DNA of 63,486 nt, the filler included, from Rhabdomonas costata (taxonomy: Eukaryota): NCBI GenBank assembly GCA_019059605.1. It is 57 parts of 57 records of this genome, joined end to end, with 100 filler letters (N's around TTAATTAATTAA, not from the genome) between each part and the next. Parts side by side here need not be neighbours in the genome. Positions count along the whole stretch, not along the records: positions 50,196 to 51,211 come from JAHMHO010033417.1; positions 51,312 to 52,327 come from JAHMHO010033418.1; positions 52,428 to 53,443 come from JAHMHO010033419.1; positions 53,544 to 54,559 come from JAHMHO010033420.1; positions 54,660 to 55,677 come from JAHMHO010033421.1; positions 55,778 to 56,793 come from JAHMHO010033422.1; positions 56,894 to 57,909 come from JAHMHO010033423.1; positions 58,010 to 59,025 come from JAHMHO010033424.1; 49 more parts are not named here. One strand, given 5' to 3'. Numbering within the stretch: position 1 is the first letter of the stretch; each line of letters opens with the position of its first letter. A program made the translations under genes and the position numbers. This document shows positions 50,196-62,231 of the stretch, in pieces. The notes beneath the pieces were generated by a model. It was not told the DNA's origin. It was given only the letters and a program-made list of their open reading frames with translations, and made no database searches.

Positions 50196-51211
50196 GCAGG
50201 CAAATTTCCCCGTTTTCGGACCTTGTGGTCGTTCACCTCAAGGTGCACAACAGGACCACTGTCCTCACAACCTCAATTCTTGACACCGGGCACAAACTGG
50301 TGGCCATCCTGATGCACAGGACTGTCTCCGAGGAGCCTGATGAAACAGGATGGCTGGCTGTGCAAAAAGGCAGGGCCATTTCAGGTTCCCCAACATGGTA
50401 CGCCTGCTTCCAGAATTTTGTGGGTGACATTCAGCCTTCCCTTCCAGATTTTGTGTTGGAGCCTATGGGGGAAATCGTGTTCTTTTACTCCAAAAAGTCG
50501 CATCGTGTTGTGGAAACGGACAGCATCCAGCACCGACATCATGACGATGACGGCGACGAATCAGCAGCCGAGCAAGAGTCTTCTTCAGGCGCGCAACCAT
50601 CAAGCATCGAGGAATGTGTGATTGATCCACAGGATGTGCAGGATGCTGATTATTTCCTTCAGGTCTCCGATATTCCTGACGACGACGAAATTTTGCCGGA
50701 CCCCGTGGTGCCATTTGAGCCAGATATCGTCGATTCCTGCAACGACGCTCCTCAAGAAGGCCTCCACGTTTTGCTTGCTTCGCTTTCAGAAGCAGCCGTC
50801 CAATCAGTTTCGGGACGAAAGAGGACATTCATTCACAGAATCACTAGCAAGTTGCCCGATTGCCCGAACGTGGGACAGTACCCTGAGGCTTTTCTTTTTG
50901 CGCCGCACTTTCCTATAAAAAGGAAAGACCATTACCCAGGTTGCATGCCATGGTTCCTGCATTCCAAGGGGAAGAGACCGAAAAAGTGTCCGTTTGTATC
51001 ACTGCAGCAGTACGTGAAACAGACTCTCATGGATCCCGAGAGCACAAGAGCGACGGATCCGTCTTGGGCAGCTTACGCATTCAACTTGCTCCTTAATGAA
51101 CTGGTGGACCAAGGTCACAGCCCCAAGTTTCTCCGAAGAGGCATGCAAACTATTGTGCAGGGCACAAGGGGTGGCAAGCGTTTTGCTCAAACGTACGCAG
51201 ACACCATCCTG
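50196..51211 (+). mobile_element. Intronless ORF fragment resembling the region upstream of the Helitron Rep (HUH) core
   Basis: Frame is open for over 330 codons. An acidic tract is followed by EAFLFAPHFP...VSLQQYVKQTLMDPESTRATDPSWAAYAFNLL, similar to the Helitron pattern E..AFP.LFP...ISL..Y.K.LL..D.RFA.DP.F..YAFN.L. Confidence 0.45.
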
Positions 51212-51681
51212 NNNNNNNNNNNNNNNNNNNNNNNNNNNNNNNNNNNNNNNNNNNNTTAATTAATTAANNNNNNNNNNNNNNNNNNNNNNNNNNNNNNNNN
51301 NNNNNNNNNNNAGCCATTCCTACCAAAAAGTCCGTGCGCCTTCAACCAGTGCGGTGTTCTCTGGACTCCGGGTGCCTAAACAATCACGCCTGCCGATGGC
51401 AGGGCAGGGGCCAAGCACTCTTTTCCGTTGCAACCCACCTCTCAGTCACAAAGCAGCCATCCGAATACATCGATGGACCACGGGCAAGTCCACAGGACGT
51501 CCACAGGGGTCGACAGGCTCTCTTCCCCTTTGTTCCATATTTTCTTCTTCTTCTGGGACGCCAAGGGCGTCAGCTGTGCGAGTTGAGTGCCGTCAACACC
51601 ACCCCAAAAACGTGTTTGCGGGAACAGCTAGAGAGACAGATGAGTTGTGGGTACTCCAAGAATCATGCCGTGGATCAATCA

Positions 51682-52137
51682 TCAGGCCATCTGTTGAAAC
51701 TGAGCCTCCACCTGTGAGGGCACATTACAAGACTGAAATCCATATTATATAAACCACTGTCACCCTCGAGCACATAATGGCACTCCCCGATCCGCTTACA
51801 TCAGCCCAGCGCACCCGATGCATTGCAACCGCTCCACCGCACCACTCCCACACACATGGGCTTCAGTGCCGTGCAGGACGCTGCAGCGTTAAAACCAAAG
51901 ATCCACACGCGGTGCATCACCCCCACCCCATTCCCAAAGAAGCACCAAAAGTGAGGAGGGAGGGAGAGGCCTATGGAAGAACGTCTAGCAGAAGGTATGA
52001 GTACGATGCCAAACCTTGGGATCGTCAAAGTGGGGAACAAAGTGAATCTCCCGGATTTCAGAGTAGCCCTCGGAGGGCTTCGGTGCCTGGAAGTTCTTCT
52101 TGTGGGTCACGTAGGCCACATTGGGGACATGCCGCTC
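51682..52137 (-). CDS. PNKP: C-terminal exons (52137-52015, 51711-51682) of a polynucleotide kinase/3'-phosphatase-like protein
   Basis: ttag|ERHVPNVAYVTHKKNFQAPKPSEGYSEIREIHFVPHFDDPK|gtttgg ... cacag|VEAQFQQMA-TGA matches the PNKP tail F..P...EGF..I..I.F. Not in the ORF track. Confidence 0.7.
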
Positions 52138-52427
52138 CTAAGCACACATGCGTGTGCGCCCGCGCAGTGGAGTGGAAGCAGGGCGGAGAACGAGAAAAAA
52201 CAATTCAATTTTTTGTGTCCCAGAGTCTTCAGAGCCAGAAGCACAATAAAAGTCGTCGTCAGGGAAGGAAAAAGCCTGCACGGAACCAAACTGCAAGCGG
52301 GTTGTCAAGCTTTTGTCCAAACCCACANNNNNNNNNNNNNNNNNNNNNNNNNNNNNNNNNNNNNNNNNNNNTTAATTAATTAANNNNNNNNNNNNNNNNN
52401 NNNNNNNNNNNNNNNNNNNNNNNNNNN

Positions 52428-53361
52428 GTCCCCCGCTGAACCTCACTACACAACTGCTGGTGGACATCTACGCGGAGCGGGTGACGAGGTGGAGTGATCC
52501 CCGCATCGCGGTGCTGAACCCCGGGCTGGCTGGGCTGCTTCCCAACGCCTCGATCACGCGGTTTGTTCGGAATGACTCCAGCGGCACGACGTCTGTGTTT
52601 TCAAGCGCCCTAAAGGTGTTTTTGAATTGCAGCAATCAGTTTTGCTTTCTTCTTTCCTTTTTCTTTTTTGCGTCCATGCATCTTGCCTTTCGGCTTCTTT
52701 GTGCAGCTACAGCATTTTGGTGAGAATACAGCACAGAAAGGGTGTAACTTCTGGATTTTTCAGCAGCAAGGAAGAAACGGGAAACGGACGGAAGGGTACC
52801 AGAAGTCGAATCAGAGCATCGGCAGCGGAGATTCTGTGCTTCCACAGAAATCTTCACCGAAGTTTAATTGTTATGAGGATTTCCCAACCTACCTCACAGG
52901 CTTTCGACTCCAGTTGGACGGGCGTCGGCACGCATATCGATTGGCCCAGCAGCAATGGCATGCTTCAGGCCGTCTCGGGGAGCTCAGGAGTGGCGGTGTC
53001 CGTGCTGTGGACGCCGTGCAGCCTGGGCTACGTGGGGTATGACACGGCGCTGGGGTACAGCCTTCCCTCGGCGCGGTTTGTGGGCACACTGGGGCAGGTT
53101 CAAGCGTTGAATGCGAACACCACGGTGGAGGCAGCGCTGTCGTTTGCGCTGTCGTCGGACTTCTCGGCGAGCATTGTGAACGCCCCGTTTCCGGCGTACC
53201 CCATCGCTGGGTACGAGTACTTCATCTTCCGCAAATCCACTATGACATGTGAAAAGGCGTACTGGCTGCAGCGCTTCATTGCTTTCACTTTCATAACAGC
53301 TTCGCAGGCCGTGGCACTGAGCCTGGGCTTCGCACCGATCCAGAGCACCATTCAGGATCAG
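52428..53361 (+). CDS. PstS-like phosphate-binding-protein domain, exons 52428-52615 and 52900-53361
   Basis: DIY...VTRWSDPRIAVLNP, RNDSSGTTSVFS, SLGYV and AYPIAGYEYF are PstS motifs; in-phase GT-AG intron. Confidence 0.88.
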
Positions 53362-53742
53362 GTTTCTTGAACCCCTATTCCGCAGTGCTCCATCGTTTTG
53401 CAAACATACTTTTTTTAGACAGTTCTTACTGCTTCACCAAAACNNNNNNNNNNNNNNNNNNNNNNNNNNNNNNNNNNNNNNNNNNNNTTAATTAATTAAN
53501 NNNNNNNNNNNNNNNNNNNNNNNNNNNNNNNNNNNNNNNNNNNTTGTTGTTGTTCAACCCAACTCAGTTCAACAATTCTTTCACCATTCTCTTACCTTCA
53601 TCAAAATGTTCACTGCCTTAGATTTGTTGAACTGAGTTGGGTTGAACAATTACTGCAAATCCGCACAATTGAGTCACGTCAATTCAGAAACGCCCACTGT
53701 TGGTGCTTTTTTAATTAAGGGGCGCTCTCTTTCATTTCCCAG

Positions 53743-54482
53743 GTGGGAAGTCGATCTACGGTGAGAAGTTTGCGGTATGTGGCTTCGAATTTGCAAGTGG
53801 TGACCGGAACGTTGGTTTGGCTCTCAACGCCTGCGTGGGATGTTCTGCACGCTTCTGTGTTTTTTTTAGGATGAAAACTTCACCTTGAAGCACACCGGCC
53901 CCGGAGTGCTGTCCATGGCGAATGCCGGCCCTGGCACGGTTTTGTGTTGCTTTGAGGGTCATTTTTCACTTCAGAGACTGCGAGGGATTCTATGACCACT
54001 GTGACCACTCAACTCAGTACCACTCTTTGTAGGAGTGGAGGAAAGGCCCATTCGGATAATTTGACATTTGCATGCGGTGAAGTTAGGGTCATGCGAACCA
54101 GCCAGTTTTGAGCATCCCCGACTTCCGCTTCCTACGACCTACCTCCGGACACACATGCGGTTCCCCAATCCTCCGAACCAAACCGTCACTCCGTTATTAC
54201 ATTTCAGCCACAGATAGACAACAAACACATCCAGCCTAACATGAAAGTGGGCACTGCGTTGCTCACCTACATTTGGCACTTTATTCTTTACATGCATTGT
54301 TTCACTCCGTGTGCCTGCTCCGAAGAGCGAAATCAAGGGGGGCCCAAAATTCTGGTAAAATAAGCTTGACCAGACCGCGATTTCTTCCCCTTTTCCGGGA
54401 GTTTTTTTTTTTCGCATCACAGAACGGCTCCCAGTTCTTCCTGTGCACGGCGAAGACGGAGTGGCTTGACGGGAAGCATGTG
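53743..54482 (+). CDS. Cyclophilin (peptidyl-prolyl isomerase, CypA-like), exons 53743-53774, 53870-53938, 54423-54482
   Basis: Spliced sequence [54 protein letters not shown]; all boundaries GT-AG. Confidence 0.97.
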
Positions 54483-55176
54483 GTACGCTTGGAAAATATC
54501 AACATTCTACGTTTTTATTTAAAGTGATGAACGTAGAATGTTGATATTTCCCAAACCCCNNNNNNNNNNNNNNNNNNNNNNNNNNNNNNNNNNNNNNNNN
54601 NNNTTAATTAATTAANNNNNNNNNNNNNNNNNNNNNNNNNNNNNNNNNNNNNNNNNNNNGTGTTGGTGGTTCTGCACACCTGTTGGTTTTTTGGCGCGTT
54701 CACGGTCCAGCATGAACAGCAGCACCGTGAACGCGCCAAAAAACCAACAGGTGTGCAGAACCAGCAGCACAAGGACACGCCACAGCACACGGCGCCAAGG
54801 CGTCCTCTGTGTGTGTGTGTGTGTGTGTGTGTGTTGGGGGTACCAATGAGTGATTATGGGGGTTATGATGGACAGCATACCCCCCCCCCCTCCTGCTGAT
54901 TGCAATCCATCATCAATTTCCAAAAGTGGCCGTCATTAGCCAAAATTCAATAAGGTTGGAAATTACTGGGTTTGAGTGATTGTTCTGCAAGTGGGCTTTA
55001 CCTCCTGGGTTCCGAGGACGAATTCTTAGATCGTAGATAGTCTCCAGATATCGCCATATATTAGTGAAAGTGCTGAAGTGATAATGCTAAAAACTTTCTT
55101 GTGCAGGGATTGCCATTACCTTTTTGTCAAGATTTCTTGCTTTTTTTTTTTCCATTCTCTCAGCGCAGATTGAAGA

Positions 55177-55455
55177 ATGGCACACATCCATGCCAGCACT
55201 TTTTTGTATATTGACGCCATCTTCCTCATGGCATTGCTTTTTTCAGCACGGGCTTTTGACATGAGCCTGGAACGTCGCCTCGTTTTACGAGAGGAAGTGC
55301 GCGAAATGTTCTCTCATGGGTTTGAACAATACATGGCACACGCCTTTCCTCAAGACGAGCTGAGACCTCTATCTTGTCAGGGCTGGGACCCCTTCGGAGG
55401 ACTCGCAGTGACACTGTTGGACAGCTTGGATACTTTGGTGATTCTCGGGAACATG
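55177..55455 (+). CDS. First exon of a GH47 alpha-1,2-mannosidase, EDEM-like
   Basis: Signal-like N-terminus, then LREEVREMFSHGFEQYMAHAFPQDELRPLSCQG...TLLDSLDTLVILGN|gt. Confidence 0.92.
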
Positions 55456-56113
55456 GTTTTTTTCTTACTGTTTTTCATGTTCCCTTTGTTTTTACATCTG
55501 CCACTTTGCTAGTCTTTGTAGTTTTTGTGACTCCCAAGTCATTCAGCTTTGCCCTCAATATTGTGTTGCTCCATTAGACTTGGAACCCACTGAATCCTTG
55601 GACTCTGCGAATGTGCACTACTAGCACCTGGGATCTTGGGCCGCTCCAAACATTCTACCCATTCCACCCACAAACAANNNNNNNNNNNNNNNNNNNNNNN
55701 NNNNNNNNNNNNNNNNNNNNNTTAATTAATTAANNNNNNNNNNNNNNNNNNNNNNNNNNNNNNNNNNNNNNNNNNNNCCGAGCTTCTGGTGATGACGCTG
55801 CCCTGCGGCGGGCCCTTACAGCGCCACAACGCCAGCCTGCTGCTGTCCTATGTGATCTGCGGGCGGGCAATGTACGGGCGGAGGGAGACCCCCATCCTGA
55901 ACCCAAGTCCTCTCTCTTCAAGTTACAGTGACTGCTGTGCTTATCTTGGCTTTGAATTTGCCCTGTACCCGACTCCCGCTATGTCTCAAGACAAAGCCGC
56001 GATGATCTTGGGCCGACTTAGCTGCCAAACGCTCCTCTCTTCAACAAATCTTTTTACGCACACACACATCCACACACGCACACACACTCTCTCTCTGTTG
56101 TTGGTGTGGAAAG

Positions 56114-56455
56114 GCCCCCTCGCCCACGGTGACGGAGTTCCAGTGGTGTGGGCAGCCCCCTGAGATCTTCCCTTGGGCCCCAGAGCACACCCTGCTGGTG
56201 CTCCTGGGCGCGCTTTGGAGCCGGGCCCTGCCCTTTGTGGAGGTGTTGGTGTGGCTGGGGTGCTGCACCCCGCCGCGGTACATGAATCAGTGCCTCAGTG
56301 AGCCCCCGCTTAGGGGGCTGCCGGTGTGCGTGTTCCCCAGCGGGGCGGTGGTGCCCGCGGAGGGGTACTGGCCGGTGCCCCGGTTTGCCCGCCTACACGG
56401 GCACCCCACTCAGATCTCTTCGGTCCGGTTCTACTGCCGGGTTCCCGAAAACGAG
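56114..56455 (+). CDS. Probable exon of an unknown protein
   Basis: GC3-rich open frame (APSPTVTEFQWCGQPPEIFPWAPEH...RVPENE); no family recognised and boundaries approximate. Confidence 0.35.
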
Positions 56456-57382
56456 GCGTGCTTAGGTGGGCGTGGGTCTGTGTATTTGTGTGTGTATGTG
56501 TCTGGAGAGTAAATGATGATTGATTCCCAAAACCCCGCGAATACCACCGGTCGTAGGTCCCGATGGGGGTGTCAACTCTGCAACTCTGCGTGGCAGGGGA
56601 GAGTAACGTGAGGCGGGGCGCAGAGTGGACAGAAAGGGGGAGGGGCCCCATCGATTTCCAACCAATATATTTTTGTATTTTTGTAGGAACCGATGCTTCG
56701 GTAGCAGTGGGGTTGGGTGTGAACTGCGCAGAATCTAACGGACCTGCTTGCGGCCTGTCAGCACTGGGTAATCCCGACGATGGCACCAACAAANNNNNNN
56801 NNNNNNNNNNNNNNNNNNNNNNNNNNNNNNNNNNNNNTTAATTAATTAANNNNNNNNNNNNNNNNNNNNNNNNNNNNNNNNNNNNNNNNNNNNTGCTGGT
56901 GGGGGGCTTCCTATGGACTGGTTGCTGCTGCTGCACATGTTCTGCTCGGTGTGCTTGCTGGTGTGGTTGGAGAGGAGGGAAGCCTGATCTAAGGGCTTCG
57001 AGGTAGGAGTGAGGAGGCTGGCAGGGAATCTGCCGTCCATGCCACAAGTACCCATGCAAACAACATGCAGGTACATGCATGGGGTGGCTCCACGGGTTCA
57101 TGATCGCGCCGTCATAAAAGGAGCCGGAGCTATTTGTAGTCTGCCAGCAGTGCAGGCAGCTGAAGCCCGCACTTCATCTCGGTAAAGTTTGAGGAGTGAC
57201 TGAGGTGACCCAATTCTACGGCGAGGCTCGGGGGGCCTGAGCTTGTCGGGCTCTGGGCTTGGGCCTCTGCTTGGGCCGTCTGGAATATTCACTTGCCGGC
57301 AGTGTCCCTCGACCACGTCCTCCTCCTCTTCCTCCTCGTAATCATCGTGCGGAAAGCGGTGATGCACTCCAATCGGCTTGGG

Positions 57383-57409
57383 AGGTCCCGGGTTCTTGTG
57401 GACGTCCCC
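57383..57409 (-). other. 2A/StopGo-like motif GDVHKNPGP in a degenerate intronless ORF
   Basis: DVSVDGDVHKNPGP versus the consensus D(V/I)ExNPG/P, with an E-to-H substitution. Confidence 0.6.
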
Positions 57410-59436
57410 GTCCACGGAGACATCCATCTCCGACTGCGCAGCTTGCGGAGCATCAGCCTGCGATGCTGAACTGGGATGCTGGCTTAGCTGCACCGCTTTG
57501 CTTGGTTGAGAGCTGGAGCTGCGCTCATGCTGGACTCTCCACTGCTTCTGCTACGCCTTGAAGGTCCGCTTGCTCACCACGTACACCATGCCATTTTACT
57601 TGGGTGTTCAGTTCGTTCATATCTCCTTCCTTTTTGCTCGCCGTGTGGGCTCGGCGATAATCTTCGTACTCGAGTTTGATCTTGTCCACCCACAGAGCCA
57701 TTGGTGTACATGCCCGAGCCCCATCAGTTGGAAGCACCCCCGCCAGTCCTGCAGCTTCCAGCTCCCCCCTGCACAGCTCTGGTGGTGTGCGACGACCGCA
57801 ACGCGCTCGTGGAGCTGAAGCGGAAGCGCCCGACGACAGACGCCGCGCCCGTGCAAGACCAGAAGGAGCACAACGGCGATGAGTGGCCATTGGCGAAGGC
57901 GAGACTCGGNNNNNNNNNNNNNNNNNNNNNNNNNNNNNNNNNNNNNNNNNNNNTTAATTAATTAANNNNNNNNNNNNNNNNNNNNNNNNNNNNNNNNNNN
58001 NNNNNNNNNTTTTCCCATGTTCATGTGTGAGTATGTGTCCGTGTTGCCGCAACAATCGCGCATTTGGTGCCGCAGTGCTGTGCTTTCCCAAGACGTTACG
58101 CTCGGGCTGGGGAAGGAGAGGTTTGTCGTCTTCTAGTCCATCACTATTGCCTATCTCAATAACTAGGTAGGTTCTGCATCCGTCGTAGTTTCCAAGAAGG
58201 GGTTTTAAACGTGAAGACGGGAATTGCTGATGGGATTAAATCTTCGACTCCTAAGCCCCCGGCAATCTGAAAAGACACACCATTGTGCATTCGAAGCATA
58301 TGAGAAATTGGGAAGGATATTACCCCCCACACACAAACGTAAGGTAAGTTACACCCGGAAACTCAGAAAATGGAATGTGACGGTTTTGTGTCTGGGGAGA
58401 TGCTATGTGATGAATCCGGATAATTTTCTTGGGGTGGACCGAAAAAGCAGTCAGGTATGGACTGCTTTGAAGGGGAGTAGTGCGCCGAAGGCGCGATTTT
58501 TTCGGGTAATTCCGTGTTGATTGTTGAAGCGAATTGTGAATTGTGTAGCCGCCTGCTTGTTGAGAAGGAAAGGGAAAAGATAGGGTTTAAACCCAGCGCA
58601 TGTGGTGGGGTGCAGTTGTGAGTTTACGATGTAGCGTGCTGCACAAACTATTTTTCCCGTCTGCGCAACTGCGCAAATAAAGCTGCCTTTTCCAATTCCC
58701 TGGCTCGTCCTTTTACCACTGTTGTACGTGGTGGACATTGTACATTTTTGTGCTGCCTTCACCTGCTTTTCTGCATTACCCTTTTCAGGGCCGTTGCAGC
58801 ATGCTCAGCTCACTGCCGCGGCTCAGCTGGCGCTCCGTGCGTCCTCAGTGATTCCCCCGCCCTACGGCACCTCCACGGAGCGCCGGCAGCTGTGGAGGCG
58901 GGCGCAGGCCCCGTCGAAGTTCCTGACGCCGCTGCGGGCCTCCAAAACCGCCGGGTGGGCCGAGTCCGGGCTCTCCTCCTGGTCCGATTGTCAGCTCCCG
59001 TTCCCTCACACCCCCCCCCCCCCCCNNNNNNNNNNNNNNNNNNNNNNNNNNNNNNNNNNNNNNNNNNNNTTAATTAATTAANNNNNNNNNNNNNNNNNNN
59101 NNNNNNNNNNNNNNNNNNNNNNNNNGTTGTGCGTGTGTGCCTTTTTTGCCACACCCCTAACTGAGTGTGGTCAGTTTTTCGGTTGCTTTGTGCAAATTGC
59201 GTGTTGAGGTGGTTGTGTTTTTTGCCATCATAAAGGCAGTCTTGGTCAAGTGTGTAGCCGGTGGGGTCCAGAAATAGAAATGGCAAATGCTCGTGCAGGT
59301 TTCTGTGGGGCGAACTGCGCGGTGCCGTCGGTGCTCATTGCTGTGCTGCTCGGTCTGCTTTCCAGGCACCAGTGGCGACTGCGTGACTGCTAAGTTCTTC
59401 CGAGTCGCGGCGCGCGCTCCTACGGCAGGGATGTAC

Positions 59437-59930
59437 CTGCGCTCCCTAGCAGCTGGTCTAGCAGGGTGAGGGTCTGCCGGAAGAGATCTCCGCACAGCTC
59501 CTCCAGGCGAGCCCGAGTGACCGTGGTGAAGAAGTCGGAGCCCTCGAACAGTGAGTCCACCTCCACTGTGGTCTGTGGCCGCCCAAAAGGAACACCTCCA
59601 AGGACATATGCACCGATTCAAGTGACTGACTAAAAGGCAACCTAACCACGGGATGGTACACTGGTGTGCAACAGCTCGAGAAAAAGCTCTGATCAGCTCC
59701 CATCTTGTGCTCCTTCTTACCTTATGCCAAGTGACAAGTGGCGCCGGACCACTCTTCCTACTCTCTACTCCAGACACCTGAGCGGAAGTGGAGAGGGTCT
59801 TCTTGGCCCGCTCCGCGGCCACACGGAGCTTGAACAGCGCCCTTTGGCTGCCGCGGAGGTCCTGCTTCGTTTTTCGGTGGAACTCCATAGTGAGGTGGCG
59901 GACCAGCCTTTGGTCGAACTGCTCCCCGCT
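59437..59930 (-). CDS. Hsp70-family ATPase-domain exons 59930-59778 and 59572-59437 (divergent paralogue)
   Basis: [14 protein letters not shown]...[57 protein letters not shown] intron. Confidence 0.95.
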
Positions 59931-61820
59931 CTGATCCCATACCACCCACCCACACGCTAACCCACAAGCGAACAAAACGACAATAGCGCACCCGTCGCTA
60001 TGGAAAACGTTCTCAGATCAGATGAATCCATGAATGCACAGGCACATATTACCTCATTCTCGTGCTCGATCACACACTCACACAGCTCTTGAAGTCGATG
60101 GCAAAACAAACCTAACTACCACTCCACACCCAAGTACCCTNNNNNNNNNNNNNNNNNNNNNNNNNNNNNNNNNNNNNNNNNNNNTTAATTAATTAANNNN
60201 NNNNNNNNNNNNNNNNNNNNNNNNNNNNNNNNNNNNNNNNGTTGTGGTGTAGGGATGCCCGCAAGGGGTGGTATAGGGGTGGTGGGTGATGTTACTCGCT
60301 ACTACGGGGTGACCTCGTGCCTGTACCACCTGAAGACCAAGAGGGGGAAGGCCCCGCAGGGTACACGCCTCCCTGACTTCAGATGGAAGGACCGAACGTT
60401 GGCACCATATGGGTGGTGGAGTGAGGGACGTGTTGCATGACCTACTACGGGGTGCATGCCTCGGTGCCCTCCACATGCCCCCTACGTACATTGAAAGAAG
60501 AGCTCCTGCTGCCTCTTGCGCTGCTCCGTCAAAACCAGCTGTGCTGCTGCTGCTGATGCTCGACGGTGGCCTGGTTTTGGCTCTCAAAGAGCCAGAGCCG
60601 GAGACATTAGTTGCTGGAAGAGGCGGTACTGCTGAGGATCGGCAAAGTCTGACCTTTTTTTTAGACAATATAAAAATAACTCACGAACAAAGGGCATGCC
60701 CACACAAACGGGGTGCAGAGGTTCACAGCAGTGGGTTATAGGTTATAGCAGGGCACTATGGGCACACAGTGGGTTATAAATTATACTGCCAGCAGGGCAT
60801 CGCCCCTGCCTGGGGAGAGTAAATAGCAACAAAAAGTGATAAAGAAAGGGGCACTATGTATTATCCAAGACCGCTTTTTTCCATTTATGTCATCTCTCTT
60901 TCTGTCCAACTGATGGATCCTGACCCCCTGTTTGCTTTAATGCAAGTGGCCGGTAGACCTACGTAGACGCCCTTCGAATTTAATAAATATATTATTATCA
61001 TGATACGTAGCGGGGAGCGACTGAACCACAACATCTAGGGAGTGAGCGTAGCGAACGACCAGCAAATACACAAGGGGCCCCACGAACGCTAGTGAGTGGG
61101 CAGTGCCTGTAAGAGGCGTTTAAGACACCCCTTGGTCGTATCTTGCATTCTTGATGGAGGCTGGAGGTCACGTAGCACGGGTGCGTAAGCGACCATGCGA
61201 TAAGGGTATCTGGTGGTAGTAGTGGGAGGTATTTGCACCGCAGGTTGGTATGCCCNNNNNNNNNNNNNNNNNNNNNNNNNNNNNNNNNNNNNNNNNNNNT
61301 TAATTAATTAANNNNNNNNNNNNNNNNNNNNNNNNNNNNNNNNNNNNNNNNNNNNGGTGGTTTTGGGCGGTTCATGACAAGATAAACAAGGATACACCCT
61401 GTCAACCGTACATTTTCGATCCTATCATTTGAACAATTCTGAACGGTTGTGCGTTGTGAGAGATCTTTGTTTCGAGCTGCGAGAACGGGGCTTTGGAGCT
61501 CCGAGCGACAGGGAAAGGGAGCAGACTCAGCTCCGCAACCGGGTTGAAGCCACATTGCTTTGTATCGGCTGCTCGTCATTGGCTCCTAAAGTTAAGTTGC
61601 AATCATCTTTGTTCCACGAAGCATTGGGCGGTTCTGGGCGTTCTGCCCATGACAGTCGCCGTGGTTTTCTTTGGCAAAAAAACAATGATTTGGTTTGGAT
61701 ATTAGCGGCTTGTTGCGGTTGTTTTCTTGAGCAGAGGTTTGAGCAGATTTGAAACCGATGAGATGCACGCGAACTCTTTCGCTTTTCTTTGACACTCACT
61801 CCATTTAACGTGCTTCTCAG

Positions 61821-62231
61821 GTACCAGCGGACCACCAAGAATGTGGCTGACTTGACTCCTGCGGAACGGCTCATCAACGTGCATGCCCTGGGTTTGTCCC
61901 TTCTTTTGAAAAGAAAGGGAGGTTTCGTCTCAAATGCATTTTTTTTGAGACAACATGAATATGCTTACTACTGTTTGCCGCTTCCCTGTAAACGTGCAAT
62001 ATTTTCAAAATCGTGAACCTTTTGTTGTTCTCCACCCTTCCCCTTTCCACACCTCTGGAGACTAGTTCCGCTTTGTAAACACGCACCGTTTTCTCCCTCG
62101 AGATTAGACCCCTGTCGTGCTTTTGGCAGGGAATGCGCTGCTGGTGATGACTGCGGTGCCGTGGATGCTGTGCCTGGTTGTGTGGAGCCTCGCGCAATGC
62201 ACGTACGCGACAGACTTGTGGCAGTCTAAAG
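61821..62231 (+). CDS. C-terminal exons (61821-61891, 62130-62231) of an MFS transporter
   Basis: Spliced ERLINVHALG/NALLVMTAVPWMLCLVVWSLAQCTYATD resembles the last TM helix N..ALG.AL.....PW..C...YS.L..TY..D. Confidence 0.6.

Noticed and set aside
54660-54770. Long hairpin at contig start; similar ones at 18768-18871, 53549-53650 and 54489-54554
   Set aside because: All abut contig ends, and mismatches in the outermost ~10 nt make the terminal arm G/T-only (or A/C-only), the signature of degenerate-primer fold-back rather than MITEs or miRNA precursors.
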